Position numbers and translations under genes: made by a program. From the NCBI GenBank assembly GCA_963725935.1, contig CAVSAM010000009.1, positions 55,321 through 119,320 of the forward strand: a stretch of 64,000 bases of DNA, in the 5' to 3' direction. This document shows, piece after piece, positions 46,894 through 55,491 of this stretch (its first letter is position 1; every line of letters begins with the position of its first letter). The DNA is from an uncultured Acidimicrobiaceae bacterium (GTDB lineage Bacteria; Actinomycetota; Acidimicrobiia; Acidimicrobiales; Palsa-688). The notes below the pieces were generated by a model, which did not search any database, was not told the origin of the DNA, and saw nothing but the letters and a program-made list of their open reading frames with translations.

Positions 46894-48744
46894 CTAAGAG
46901 CTGATGCTCCAGAACTGCGGCTCGATGTAGTTGAAGGCGCCGGTGAACTCGCCCGTCAACCCGTAACCCGTGAGCCCTTTCGCCGTGGCGAAGATGTTCT
47001 CCGGGATCGGGACCCAAAGCCAAACGGCTTGCTGCACTATGAGGTTTTCGTACTGGTCGAAGGCCGACAGAGTGCTCGCAACGGTGCTCTCGTTGATGTA
47101 GTTGTCCAGCGTCGGGTTGGAGTACGACCCTACGTTGAGGCCGCCACCGGTGTTGAAAACACCTTCACCGCTCGGGTAGGTCGAAAGCCCGATGCCCCCC
47201 CAGAAAACGAGCTGCCAATTGCAGGCCGGCGTGCCCTTCCCCTTGGGTAGGACGCACGGCGTCGCCACGGACAGCACGGAGTTGAAGGTGCCGGACTTCG
47301 GGTTGATCTGAACACCCGCTTGAGCTGCGTCGGACTGGTACAGGTCGACAATCTCCTGGCTGATCTCGAGGCCACTCGCCCAGCGCAGGTTGATCGAGAG
47401 CTTCTCGCCGGCCGTTATCCCCGCGCCACAATCTGCTGGACCGGCCCCGGGTGTCTGACAGGTGTCCACCCCGCCCGGGTCCACCTTCCAGCCGTGGGCC
47501 TTCAGGATGGACTCCGCTGTGGAGACTGAATACGGGTAGGGGTTAGTTTTTTCCACGTTGGTCACAAAGGGGTTACCTAGGGGATAGATGGGCGCCGGCC
47601 CGTAGACCGGCGTACCGTACCCGTCCATGAAGTGCTTGATCATGGTGTTCTGGTCCATGAGGTGGGCAAACACCTGGCGGATGTAGAGCTGGTTCAGCAC
47701 CGGCCCGGCCGTCGGGTTTGCGAAGTTCGGCATCATGAAGTCAAAGCCCCAGGTGGGCACCGGCGTGACGTTGTAGCCCTCCGACTTTATAGACGGGATC
47801 GTGGGTATGTCCTGAGTCGGGATCGCTCCGTAGTCAAGCGTCGAGGGCCCCGCCTTCAGAGCGGTGAACACGGCCGAGTCGGTCGTGAAGGGGATCTCCT
47901 CGAACTCGGCCGCCAGCGGCTTCGGCCCCGAGTACGTGGGGTTGGGCACGAACACGTCGGGTGAGCTGTCTCCTCCGAAGCTTTGCAGCTCCCAGGGGCC
48001 GTCGATCACTTTCCAAAGGGGGTTGGTGGAGTAAGTGGTGGTGTCCTCTGCTTCCTTGGACAGGAAAGCTAGGACTGCCTTGGCCCCTGCGGCGCTCTCG
48101 TCATAATTGCCTACCGTGCCGGTAACAGAGGTCTTGTCCCAGGCGTGCTGCGGGATGACGTAGATGTCGTCGATCCCGTTGTCGTCGAAGAATGTCGGAT
48201 TGAGCTTGCTGGTGAGCACGAACTTGACCGTCATGGTGCCGGTCGCCGTGCAGGTCTTGACGTTGAAGGGGAACTGCGTCGGCCCGCCGTAGCCGCCCCA
48301 CGTGGGCCCCATCGCCTTAAGCATATTGAAGGAGAAAACGACGTCGCGGGCGGTAACCGGGACGCCGTCTGACCACATGTAGTGCTTCAGCGTGACCGTC
48401 GCCACGGTATCGTTATCCGACCAGACCGGCGCGTAAGCCATCGAATGGGCAAAGTCCAAGGTCGGCTCGTTCGGTGTCGGGAGGTAGAGCAGCGGCCACA
48501 TCAAGTTAAAGAACTGGTCGATGTTGTAGAGGCTCTGAGTTGCCGAAGTCGTTAGCGGGAGTATGTAGTTCGGCGAGGCGCCTGGCGATTCGGCGTACTT
48601 GATAATGCCCCCGGTAGTCGCTTGCGGGGCCTTCGCCACCCCGGAGGCGTTCGCTCCTCCGGCACCGACTGCTGTAGCCGCAACGAGCGCCGCGCTAACT
48701 GCTACAGCGGCAACTGCGGCCCGTAAATGACCAAACCGTCTCAT
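46894..48744 (-). CDS. Family-5 extracellular solute-binding protein (peptide/nickel ABC)
   Basis: I chose the start at MRRFGHLRAAVAAVAVSAALVAATAVGAGGANA, where the ATG at 48744 follows GAGGAG. The length (~616 aa) and the sequence are typical of SBP family 5. Confidence 0.85.
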   Translation of the reverse strand: MRRFGHLRAAVAAVAVSAALVAATAVGAGGANASGVAKAPQATTGGIIKYAESPGASPNYILPLTTSATQSLYNIDQFFNLMWPLLYLPTPNEPTLDFAHSMAYAPVWSDNDTVATVTLKHYMWSDGVPVTARDVVFSFNMLKAMGPTWGGYGGPTQFPFNVKTCTATGTMTVKFVLTSKLNPTFFDDNGIDDIYVIPQHAWDKTSVTGTVGNYDESAAGAKAVLAFLSKEAEDTTTYSTNPLWKVIDGPWELQSFGGDSSPDVFVPNPTYSGPKPLAAEFEEIPFTTDSAVFTALKAGPSTLDYGAIPTQDIPTIPSIKSEGYNVTPVPTWGFDFMMPNFANPTAGPVLNQLYIRQVFAHLMDQNTMIKHFMDGYGTPVYGPAPIYPLGNPFVTNVEKTNPYPYSVSTAESILKAHGWKVDPGGVDTCQTPGAGPADCGAGITAGEKLSINLRWASGLEISQEIVDLYQSDAAQAGVQINPKSGTFNSVLSVATPCVLPKGKGTPACNWQLVFWGGIGLSTYPSGEGVFNTGGGLNVGSYSNPTLDNYINESTVASTLSAFDQYENLIVQQAVWLWVPIPENIFATAKGLTGYGLTGEFTGAFNYIEPQFWSISS

Positions 48745-48945
48745 CCCGTGCTCCTCACTGTCCATGCCAGCACGCAGGCTGACCCTGTCAAAGGACCAAT
48801 TGCGCTTTACGTTACCCCTTCCGCCCAGTTGGCACACTGCACCACTTATTGGTTATCCCCTAAAACGCGCACCGGGCCTCATGGAGCATCGGACCGCCCG
48901 AGGCCATGCCACTTCGCGCTGGACGGCCGTGTGGCGCCCGGCTAC

Positions 48946-49116
48946 GCGCTCGCAGTCGGGCTAGGCGCCCGCAGTCGCGCTAGGCGCTCGCAGTCGGGCT
49001 AGGCGCCCGCAGTCGGGCTAGGCGCCCGCAGTCGGGCTAGGTGCTCGCAGTCGGGCTAGGCGCCCGCAGTCGCGCTAGGCGCCCGCAGTCGGGCTAGGCG
49101 CCCGCAGTCGGGCTAG
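48946..49116. repeat. 19-nt tandem repeat x 9 (GCGCCCGCAGTCGGGCTAG), each unit a small hairpin
   Basis: Nine head-to-tail units were counted base by base, with a few C/T and G/C variants. Each unit contains GCCCG-CAGT-CGGGC (5-bp stem, 4-nt loop) and a CTAG. The last unit supplies the stop codon of the tetR gene at 49113. Confidence 0.95.
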
Positions 49117-49736
49117 CGGGGGGCCATGCCGCGCCATATCGCCTCGACCGCTTGCTCAGCCCAGCCGGGGCTCGCCTGCTGCCCGCCGACTCGCCGGAAG
49201 AACACGGAGCCGGCCAGCATCTGCATCGCAAGCCGGAGGTCTGCATCGGCGGCGAGCTGTCCGCGCCGCTGCGCCTCCTCCAGCAGTGAGAGCGCATAAT
49301 CGGTCCGCGGCTTGACCACACGCTTGCGGTGCATCTCTAGGGCGAGCGGCGCTGACCTGTCGCCGACCAGGCCACCGATCACCTCTAGGCATGACTCAGC
49401 GAACCGGCCGTCGAAGGCTTCGAGGAAGCACACGAGGTCCTGGCGTGGATTGGCTGGCCGGTCGCCGGCGGGCTGCACGGGGACCGCAGCTCCGGCGATC
49501 GCGTCGGTCACGACATCAGCTTTGTCCCGGTAGCGCCGGTAGATGGTCGCCCGGGAAACCCCCGCCTCCAGGGCGATGCTCTCCATAGTCATCTGCCCGA
49601 ACCCGAGCTTGTCGAGCTGTCGCAGCGCAGCAGCGGTGATGGCCTCGCTGGCGCGTTCGTTGCGCGGGCGGCCTGGCGGGCGGCCTGGTGGCCGGCGCCA
49701 AATTTCGCCAGGCAGGTCCGTCGCGGCTGACGTCAC
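49113..49736 (-). CDS. TetR-family transcriptional regulator
   Basis: 207 aa with the HTH AITAAALRQLDKLGFGQMTMESIALEAGVSRATIYRRY. The start overlaps the upstream MFS stop by 4 nt, so the two genes form an operon. Confidence 0.9.
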   Translation of the reverse strand: MTSAATDLPGEIWRRPPGRPPGRPRNERASEAITAAALRQLDKLGFGQMTMESIALEAGVSRATIYRRYRDKADVVTDAIAGAAVPVQPAGDRPANPRQDLVCFLEAFDGRFAESCLEVIGGLVGDRSAPLALEMHRKRVVKPRTDYALSLLEEAQRRGQLAADADLRLAMQMLAGSVFFRRVGGQQASPGWAEQAVEAIWRGMAPR

Positions 49737-51376
49737 ACCACCACCGATTCGGGGTTGGGGAGTGCGCTCTCACCGTTGCCCCCAGGGCCGGCAGTGCTCG
49801 ACGCGCTCGCTGCGGCGGCGTGAGCACCGTCGCCTGCAAAGCTCGGGACGAAGTCCTTTTGGCGGACCAGCAGCAATGCCAGGATTGCCCCTACGAGGGC
49901 GACAACGGCCGCAATGCGGAGCAGCTCGTTAAGGGTGCCCGAGAAGCCCACACGGTAGGCGGCGAGCAACACCGATTGGGCAGGCCCAGGCATCGCCTGC
50001 ATGGCCTGGCGGACCGCCCCGGCTTGCATCGCCTGGGTTAGGAGGACGCCGCCGTGACGAGCCACTTCTTGGCCGCCGCGGGTCGCCGCGAGCACGGCGT
50101 TCGTCTTGGCCACGATCTGGTGGCTAAAGATTGCTCCCAGACCTGCGATGCCGGTCGCAATCCCGATCTGGCGGAACGTCGCGTTCGCTCCCGAAGCCAT
50201 CCCACTTCGCTGGAACGGTACAACAGCCACCGACGTCGACGCCAGAGTCGGGTTGACCAGGCCGACACCGATGCCGGACAGGATGAACCCGGGGAGCAGC
50301 TGTGTCCAACTCGACGACCTGGTGGTCGTCGCCAGTAAGAGCAAACCTCCGCTGACCAGTAGCAGGCCGGCACTCAGGAGGTAGCGGGATTGGACCCTCA
50401 CCGTGAGCTTGCCGGCGAAGGGAGATATGACGAACATCATCAAGGTGATCGGCAGGAAGCGCAGGCCCGCTTGAAAAGGGCCGTAGCCGAGGTCGTCCTG
50501 GACGTAAAGGGTGAGGTATAGGAACATCGCGAATATCGACCCCGACAGGGCGAAGGCTGTAAGCGACACACCGTTGAAGGCACGGGTTTTGAACAGTGTC
50601 AGGTCGAGCATCGGGTCGTTTTGGCGCCACTCGGCGAAAATGAAGGCTGCCATTAATACGGCGCTGCCGATTAGAAGGCCGAGGATCTTGGCGCTTCCCC
50701 AGCCGTCGTAATTGCCGCGGACAAGGCCGAGCACGAGGAGGAACAAGGACACCGAGAATGTGAGAAAACCGGCCCAGTCGACCCGGCGCGTGTTCGTCTG
50801 TGCCGACCGGTCGATCTTGCTCAACGTGACGAAAACCGCGACCACACCGATCGGCACGTTCACGAAGAAAATCCACCGCCAGCCGATACCGCTGGTGATC
50901 GCGCCGCCGACGAGCGGACCAACGGCAACCGCGGCACCGAGCACGGCTCCGTAGATCCCGAACGCCGTGCCCCGCTCCTTGCCGTGGAAAGCCGAAGCGA
51001 TGAGGGCGATGGAGGTAGCGAACATCGCCGCGCCGCCGATACCTTGCACGGCACGTGAAAAGTTGAGCATGTCCGAAGACGTGGCCAGGCCGCAAACGAG
51101 CGAGGATAGCGAGAAGATCACCAGCCCGACCGTGAAGATAGTCCGGCGCCCGAACATGTCGCCGAGCACCCCACTTGTAAGCAGGAACGCCGCCAGCGTT
51201 AGCGAATAGGCGTCAACTACCCACTGGAGGTCGCTGAAGGAGGAGTGGAGCGAGCGTTCGATCGACGGCAGCGCCACATTGACAACGGTGATGTCCAGGA
51301 GAAGCATGAACGTCGCCGTGCACACGGCTATCAACGTCCACCACTTGCGGTCGAGCGCGGGCATTTTCGGCTCCAA
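49733..51376 (-). CDS. DHA2-family (EmrB/QacA-like, 14-TM) MFS drug/H+ antiporter
   Basis: 547 aa containing LDITVVNVALPSI, LTSGVLGDMFGRR and a 14-helix pattern. Confidence 0.9.
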   Translation of the reverse strand: MEPKMPALDRKWWTLIAVCTATFMLLLDITVVNVALPSIERSLHSSFSDLQWVVDAYSLTLAAFLLTSGVLGDMFGRRTIFTVGLVIFSLSSLVCGLATSSDMLNFSRAVQGIGGAAMFATSIALIASAFHGKERGTAFGIYGAVLGAAVAVGPLVGGAITSGIGWRWIFFVNVPIGVVAVFVTLSKIDRSAQTNTRRVDWAGFLTFSVSLFLLVLGLVRGNYDGWGSAKILGLLIGSAVLMAAFIFAEWRQNDPMLDLTLFKTRAFNGVSLTAFALSGSIFAMFLYLTLYVQDDLGYGPFQAGLRFLPITLMMFVISPFAGKLTVRVQSRYLLSAGLLLVSGGLLLLATTTRSSSWTQLLPGFILSGIGVGLVNPTLASTSVAVVPFQRSGMASGANATFRQIGIATGIAGLGAIFSHQIVAKTNAVLAATRGGQEVARHGGVLLTQAMQAGAVRQAMQAMPGPAQSVLLAAYRVGFSGTLNELLRIAAVVALVGAILALLLVRQKDFVPSFAGDGAHAAAASASSTAGPGGNGESALPNPESVVV

Positions 51377-51408
51377 TCTGGGTACGGACTACACGTGCTA
51401 GGGGGGGT

Positions 51409-51438
51409 ATTACGATCCGATACGTATCGTATCGTAAT
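51409..51438. promoter_or_regulatory. 30-nt near-perfect palindrome, candidate TetR operator of the MFS-tetR operon
   Basis: The sequence is ATTACGATCCGATACGTATCGTATCGTAAT. 28 of 30 positions are self-complementary. It lies 33-62 nt upstream of the MFS start codon. Confidence 0.6.
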
Positions 51439-51692
51439 AGGTCATCAGGCGCAACGGAATTTCAAGCCTGGCGATCGCTCATGCACCCGGATCTATCTCT
51501 ACCGCTACCAGGCTCTATCTTAACCCGGCTTACTGGGAGCCCATATAAGACTGTTTCATGTCGTTCCATATCCTTGGAGGTGGCAGCGGTGAGGGCTTCT
51601 CGGTTCGCTCGCCGGTTTCTTGGCATGCTTTCGCGCTTCGGGCGCCAGCCAGTGGACTTTTTTGGCTCGTGGCACGCCCAGGTGCTGAAATC

Positions 51693-51760
51693 ACGCCCAG
51701 CTAGCTCGACCTACGCCCAGCTAGCTCGATACACGCCCAGCTAGCTCGACCCACGCCGAG
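51693..51760. repeat. 20-nt tandem repeat x ~3.4 (ACGCCCAGCTAGCTCGACCT)
   Basis: The units are 51693-51712, 51713-51732 and 51733-51752, plus a partial unit. Each contains the palindrome AGCTAGCT. Confidence 0.9.
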
Positions 51761-51856
51761 ATGGTCGAACGCGACGGGAGGTACTCCCACCGGGTGGAGG
51801 CCAGGAGGCAGACGAGCTCGCCGCAGCCCGCTCGTGTCGCCTCGACCGAGCGCATC

Positions 51857-52328
51857 TCACTTGGTCTTGAAGGTCTGGTCCTTGCTATAGGTTTCGCCGT
51901 ACGGGCTAAAGGCTTCGATTTGATAGTGGTAGACGGTGTTTGGGTGAAGCCCAAACGCATAACCTGTCACCTTGATCGCGATCGTCGAGGCGGGTGTGAA
52001 CTGCGGGCTGGTTTCGCCGTCCATCCACGCCGGGTCGGAGCCGTCACGTATCTTGTCGTACTTTCCCGTCAACCCGTAGTCGAAGCAGTACGAGGTCACC
52101 GAACCGTGGGGGTTGAGCAAGGCTGTGAACGTTACGCTCGTCGCGGTTGAACTAGGACCTGAATTGGGAGCACCGGGTACGGCCCTGATCCACGGGACAG
52201 CGGGTTTTTGTAGTGCCGTCTGCGCGGACGCAACGGCTCCTTGGGCCACCATCGCAACGGGGACCGCCAATGCGGCGACCGCTTTTGAGAACAGGGCGGT
52301 ACGCCGGCAGCGTTCTCGTCACCTTCAT
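51857..52328 (-). CDS. Small secreted fibronectin-III-like protein, probable frame change in the signal peptide
   Basis: The mature part is beta-rich: SVTFTALLNPHGSVTSYCFDYG...NTVYHYQIEAFSPYGETYSKDQTFKT. The signal-peptide frame ..RRTALFSKAVAALAVPVAMVAQGAVASAQTA has no start codon. An ATG at 52328 with GGAGGAA upstream (MKVTR..) is one frame off, so I infer a frame change at ~52305-52315. Confidence 0.6.
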
Positions 52329-52457
52329 TGGGTTCCTCCATGTGTTGTCGGTCCTCCAGCGACCTGCTCTCGAAGGTAGCCACGACGGGCTGCTTCGTGT
52401 TGGCGCGCAGGGCCGCCCTTAAGTAAAGGTTAGAGGTCGATCAAGGCTGGAGCCAGG

Positions 52458-53688
52458 TCAGGGTTGGAGGCCGGGGTAGGGGAGCGCGGTTAGTACCCCG
52501 CCGCCGTTGAGCGGAGTGCCGAGCAGCGGGGTTTCTTTCGCTGTAGCCGGGTCGAACCAGAACAGAGATTGGCCACCCCCGCACCCGAGCACGGCTTGCA
52601 GCGCCAACTGGGCGTTCCCGGCGCCTATAACCCGCTCGTCATTGGCGGCCTTGGGTACCGTAACTTCCTGCGTGCGTCCGTTCGGCAGGCGCTGCGCCAA
52701 GAACTCCGTGCCGCAGGCGCCAAGCGCCTGGGTATAGACGATGTTGCCGACTTTCCATCCATTAACGTCCCCGTAATCTGGCGGTTTGGGGAACGTCAGC
52801 TGGGACGGCGCGGGTCCATTGACGGGAACGAGCCACAGCGCGGCCACGGCGCTCGAATTGGGGCCCAGGGTCTGGCAGGACGCCACGAGGTCGGTGTCGT
52901 CCCACCACCGGTCTGGCGAGCAAGCTTTTGTCAAAGGGCCGACATCCTTGAGAAAGGTCCCGCTATTGGCGAACAGCGCCAGGCCGTGGGCAGCCGCGAC
53001 GACTAGTTCCTTACCGTCAAGTGAGGGAAGCAGCGAGCTGTTTACCGATGCAATAGCGGGCAGCGCAGCTCGGTAGACCTGCTGGGTTTCACCCGACAGG
53101 CTGAGCCGGTTCACCGAGATCACCCCGTTGGCGGCCTGTGAGGACCGCAGTACAGCCAGGCCTATCGGCCGCGTGAACTGGTACCACTCGCCGTAGGGGT
53201 TGGAGCTCGAGCTCGTGAAACGGGAGAGGACCTTCCCGCTGGCCAGGTCGATCACCTCGACCTGTGGTTTCGGATGGGCTGCCGTTGTGGGCGTCCCGAT
53301 CAGGACGCGTCGCCCGTCGCCCGACCAGTCGTACAGCTGGTACAGCGACGGAGCTGGCAGGGTAGCGATCAGGTACCGGCCGCCGTGGGGGTCGACCAGG
53401 AACAACGTGGTCTGTTGCTGCTCCCATTTTTCTATCGCCGGGCCGGGGTACACGGCGGCGTGCGGCCCCCACAACGCGACGAACCACCCCTGTCCGACGC
53501 TCTGCCAAGGGATGGCCGAGGCCGGCGCCTCGACGCCGCTCGCCACCGGGCCCCCGCCGACATGGGCGCCCGAGCCGCCGCCGACATGGGGCCCGAGCCG
53601 CCGCCGCCGAGATCGATGAGCTCGAGGTGAACATTCCTAGGCAGGCGATGGCGCTGATGAGGGCGGCCGCGACGCTCCTTCTGCCCAT
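52458..53688 (-). CDS. Probable lipoprotein with a beta-propeller-like (TolB/WD40-like) body; N-terminus disrupted by frame change(s)
   Basis: The 362-aa ORF body has alternating beta-strand-like segments. A lipoprotein signal MGRRSVAAALISAIAC starts at 53688 in another frame. The frames meet inside a 24/23-nt tandem duplication (GACATGGGCGCCCGAGCCGCCGCC / GACATGGGGCCCGAGCCGCCGCC, 53559-53605) that would encode GGGSG.HV repeats. Confidence 0.6.
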
Positions 53689-53716
53689 CCAGCAAGCATC
53701 CCACGTCGGGGAGACT

Positions 53717-54519
53717 GTGAAGGTGACCCGTTTACGCGCTCGTGGACAGCGTCCCCTCCGATCGAGGGTGGCGTCGCGGCTGGCAGAAGCGGGTTGCGTC
53801 GCGCCGCTAGACGAGGCCGACGAGCTAATAGAGGCCGCCGACAGTGACGAGGTGCGATTAGACCGCCTCGTTGCTCGTCGGGTGGCCGGAGAGCCGCTTG
53901 CCTGGGTTACCGGGTCGGCCCGCTTTGCCGCCCATATCGTCCGCGTCTACCCCGGGGTCTATGTCCCGCGCTGGCAGAGTGAGCCCATTGTCCGGAGGGC
54001 CGTCGAGATGCTTCCCGATAACGGGATGGCAGCGGATCTGTGCACCGGGTCAGGTGCGATCGCAGTTGCGCTCGCACGGGCGCGGCCGACGGCACGGGTC
54101 CTGGCCACAGACATCGATCCTGCTGCGTGTGCCTGCGCGAGAGCCAACGGCGTCGAGGTTTTCGAGGGCCACCTCGCGAGCCCGCTCCCTGCGGAAAATA
54201 GAGGGCTCTTCGATGTCGTAATAGCCGTCGTGCCCTATGTGCCAACCGACCAGCTTGTCTACCTGCCCCGCGATGTCCGCGAGCACGAGCCGCTCCTCGC
54301 TCTGGACGGGGCCCGGGGGGTACCCGCGTGCTCGAACAGGCCGTCTGGGCTGGCGCAGAGCTATTGCGGCCGGGTGGAGCGCTTCTCCTGGAGCTCGGCG
54401 GCGATCAGGCCGAAGCGCTAGGCGGTGTGCTCACAGCCGCCGGCTTCTCTCCGGCGAGGCTTTTCGAGGATGACGACGGGGATGTCCGCGGGATCGAAGC
54501 CACAAAGCGCAGCGGGTAA
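53717..54519 (+). CDS. PrmC/HemK-related class-I SAM methyltransferase (putative protein N5-glutamine MTase family), one apparent frame change
   Basis: The sequence contains EPLAWVTGSARF....+.V.PGVYVPRWQSE, the SAM motif DLCTGSGAIAVALA and VLATDIDP. The NPPY-position motif reads AVVPYVP, followed by EHEPLLALDG. The tail ..VLEQAVWAGAELLRPGGALLLELGGDQAE.. continues in ORF 54328-54519. The frame change lies in the G4C3G6 run at ~54305-54322. Confidence 0.8.
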
Positions 54520-55432
54520 AAGCCGAGGTGGCTGCTAGAACCAGAGGACTTGCTTGGCTAGAACCAGAGGCCTTGCTTGGCCGGCAGGTTCTTCTTGGCC
54601 TGGGCCGGGCGCTCCACCAGGTGCCGAAGACGACCCGGCTAAAACGGTAGCCGTAAGCGAGGTTGCCGCCCTTCCGGGTCGTACCGCTCTCCCGTTTGTA
54701 CATGGTCACAGGGACCTCTTTAACCCTGTAGCCGTTGGCGATCGTACGGATGAGCAGCTCCGAGCTCTGGTACTGCGGTTGGACTAGGTCCAGGCTGGCC
54801 GCCACCTCGGAGCGCATGGCCCGCAAGCCATTGGCCGGGTCGGTGATCCGGACGCCAGTGAAGATGCTGATTATGCGGCCGAAGACGACGACTCCCCAAG
54901 CCCGCACCGAGTCGGTCGTATGGGTCTCGCCCAGCCGGCGTGACCCGGTGACAAGGTCAGCCTGGTCGGCGATGAGCAGCTCGATAAGCCGCGGCAGCTC
55001 GGCAGGGTCGAACTGCCCGTCAGCGTCCGCGGTCGCGATGTAGGTTGCCCCGCGTTCGCACGCGAGGCGGTAACCGAGCTTGAAAGCGTTTCCCTGACCG
55101 GTGTTCTTAGCCAGGGTCGCCACCAGCGCCCCAGCCCCGGAAGCCTCGGCGGTCGTCTCATCTGTCGACCCGTCGTCGACCACCAGGACATCGACGTCGA
55201 GACCGCAGAGCTGTGGCGGGACCGTCTTCACGACGACAGCGACGGATCCGGCTTCGTTGAGTGCTGGGATGACCACCACCACCGGGGCGCCACGGCCCGG
55301 GTGCTCAGCCAGGAATGCCCGCGCAGCCTCTTCCGTGACCGGGGCGTTTTCCCTGATTCGGGCGGATGTGGCGGCGTTCACGAAGCAGCTATCGTACAAC
55401 ACGGCGGGCAGTGCGCTCAGCTGCCAGTTCAT
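54431..55432 (-). CDS. GT2-family glycosyltransferase (polyprenyl-phosphate sugar synthase / DPM1-GtrB-like catalytic domain)
   Basis: The sequence contains VVVIPALNEAGSV, LVVDDGSTDET, ATADADGQFDP, LVTGSR and ITDPANGLRAM. Family similarity stops at ..VVFGTWW. The remaining ~60 codons are Arg/Ser/Pro-rich and overlap the MTase 3' end. The real stop may therefore be at 54558, in another frame that reads ..LPAKQGLWF-stop. The start is taken at MNWQ (55432). Confidence 0.8.
   Translation of the reverse strand: MNWQLSALPAVLYDSCFVNAATSARIRENAPVTEEAARAFLAEHPGRGAPVVVVIPALNEAGSVAVVVKTVPPQLCGLDVDVLVVDDGSTDETTAEASGAGALVATLAKNTGQGNAFKLGYRLACERGATYIATADADGQFDPAELPRLIELLIADQADLVTGSRRLGETHTTDSVRAWGVVVFGRIISIFTGVRITDPANGLRAMRSEVAASLDLVQPQYQSSELLIRTIANGYRVKEVPVTMYKRESGTTRKGGNLAYGYRFSRVVFGTWWSARPRPRRTCRPSKASGSSQASPLVLAATSAFTRCALWLRSRGHPRRHPRKASPERSRRL
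54535..54580. repeat. 23-nt tandem duplication (CTAGAACCAGAGGMCTTGCTTGG)
   Basis: The two units are 54535-54557 and 54558-54580, with one mismatch. They lie at the junction of the convergent MTase and GT2 genes. Confidence 0.9.
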
Positions 55433-55491
55433 CGTGCCGATCGGTTGAAGGCAACGAACGCCCCATCGGGCCGGACAGCGGAGCTGTAACA

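Noticed and set aside
48946-49116. Possible CRISPR array (regularly spaced repeats).
   Set aside because: The units are directly adjacent 19-mers with no spacers, and no cas genes are present. This is a tandem minisatellite, not CRISPR.
52569-52580. A GGGQ motif in the lipoprotein next to the PrmC-like methyltransferase, considered as a possible GGQ-type methylation substrate.
   Set aside because: The protein is predicted to be exported and lipidated, whereas the methyltransferase is cytoplasmic. GGQ-like tripeptides also occur by chance in Gly-rich proteins. No evidence supports the link beyond adjacency.
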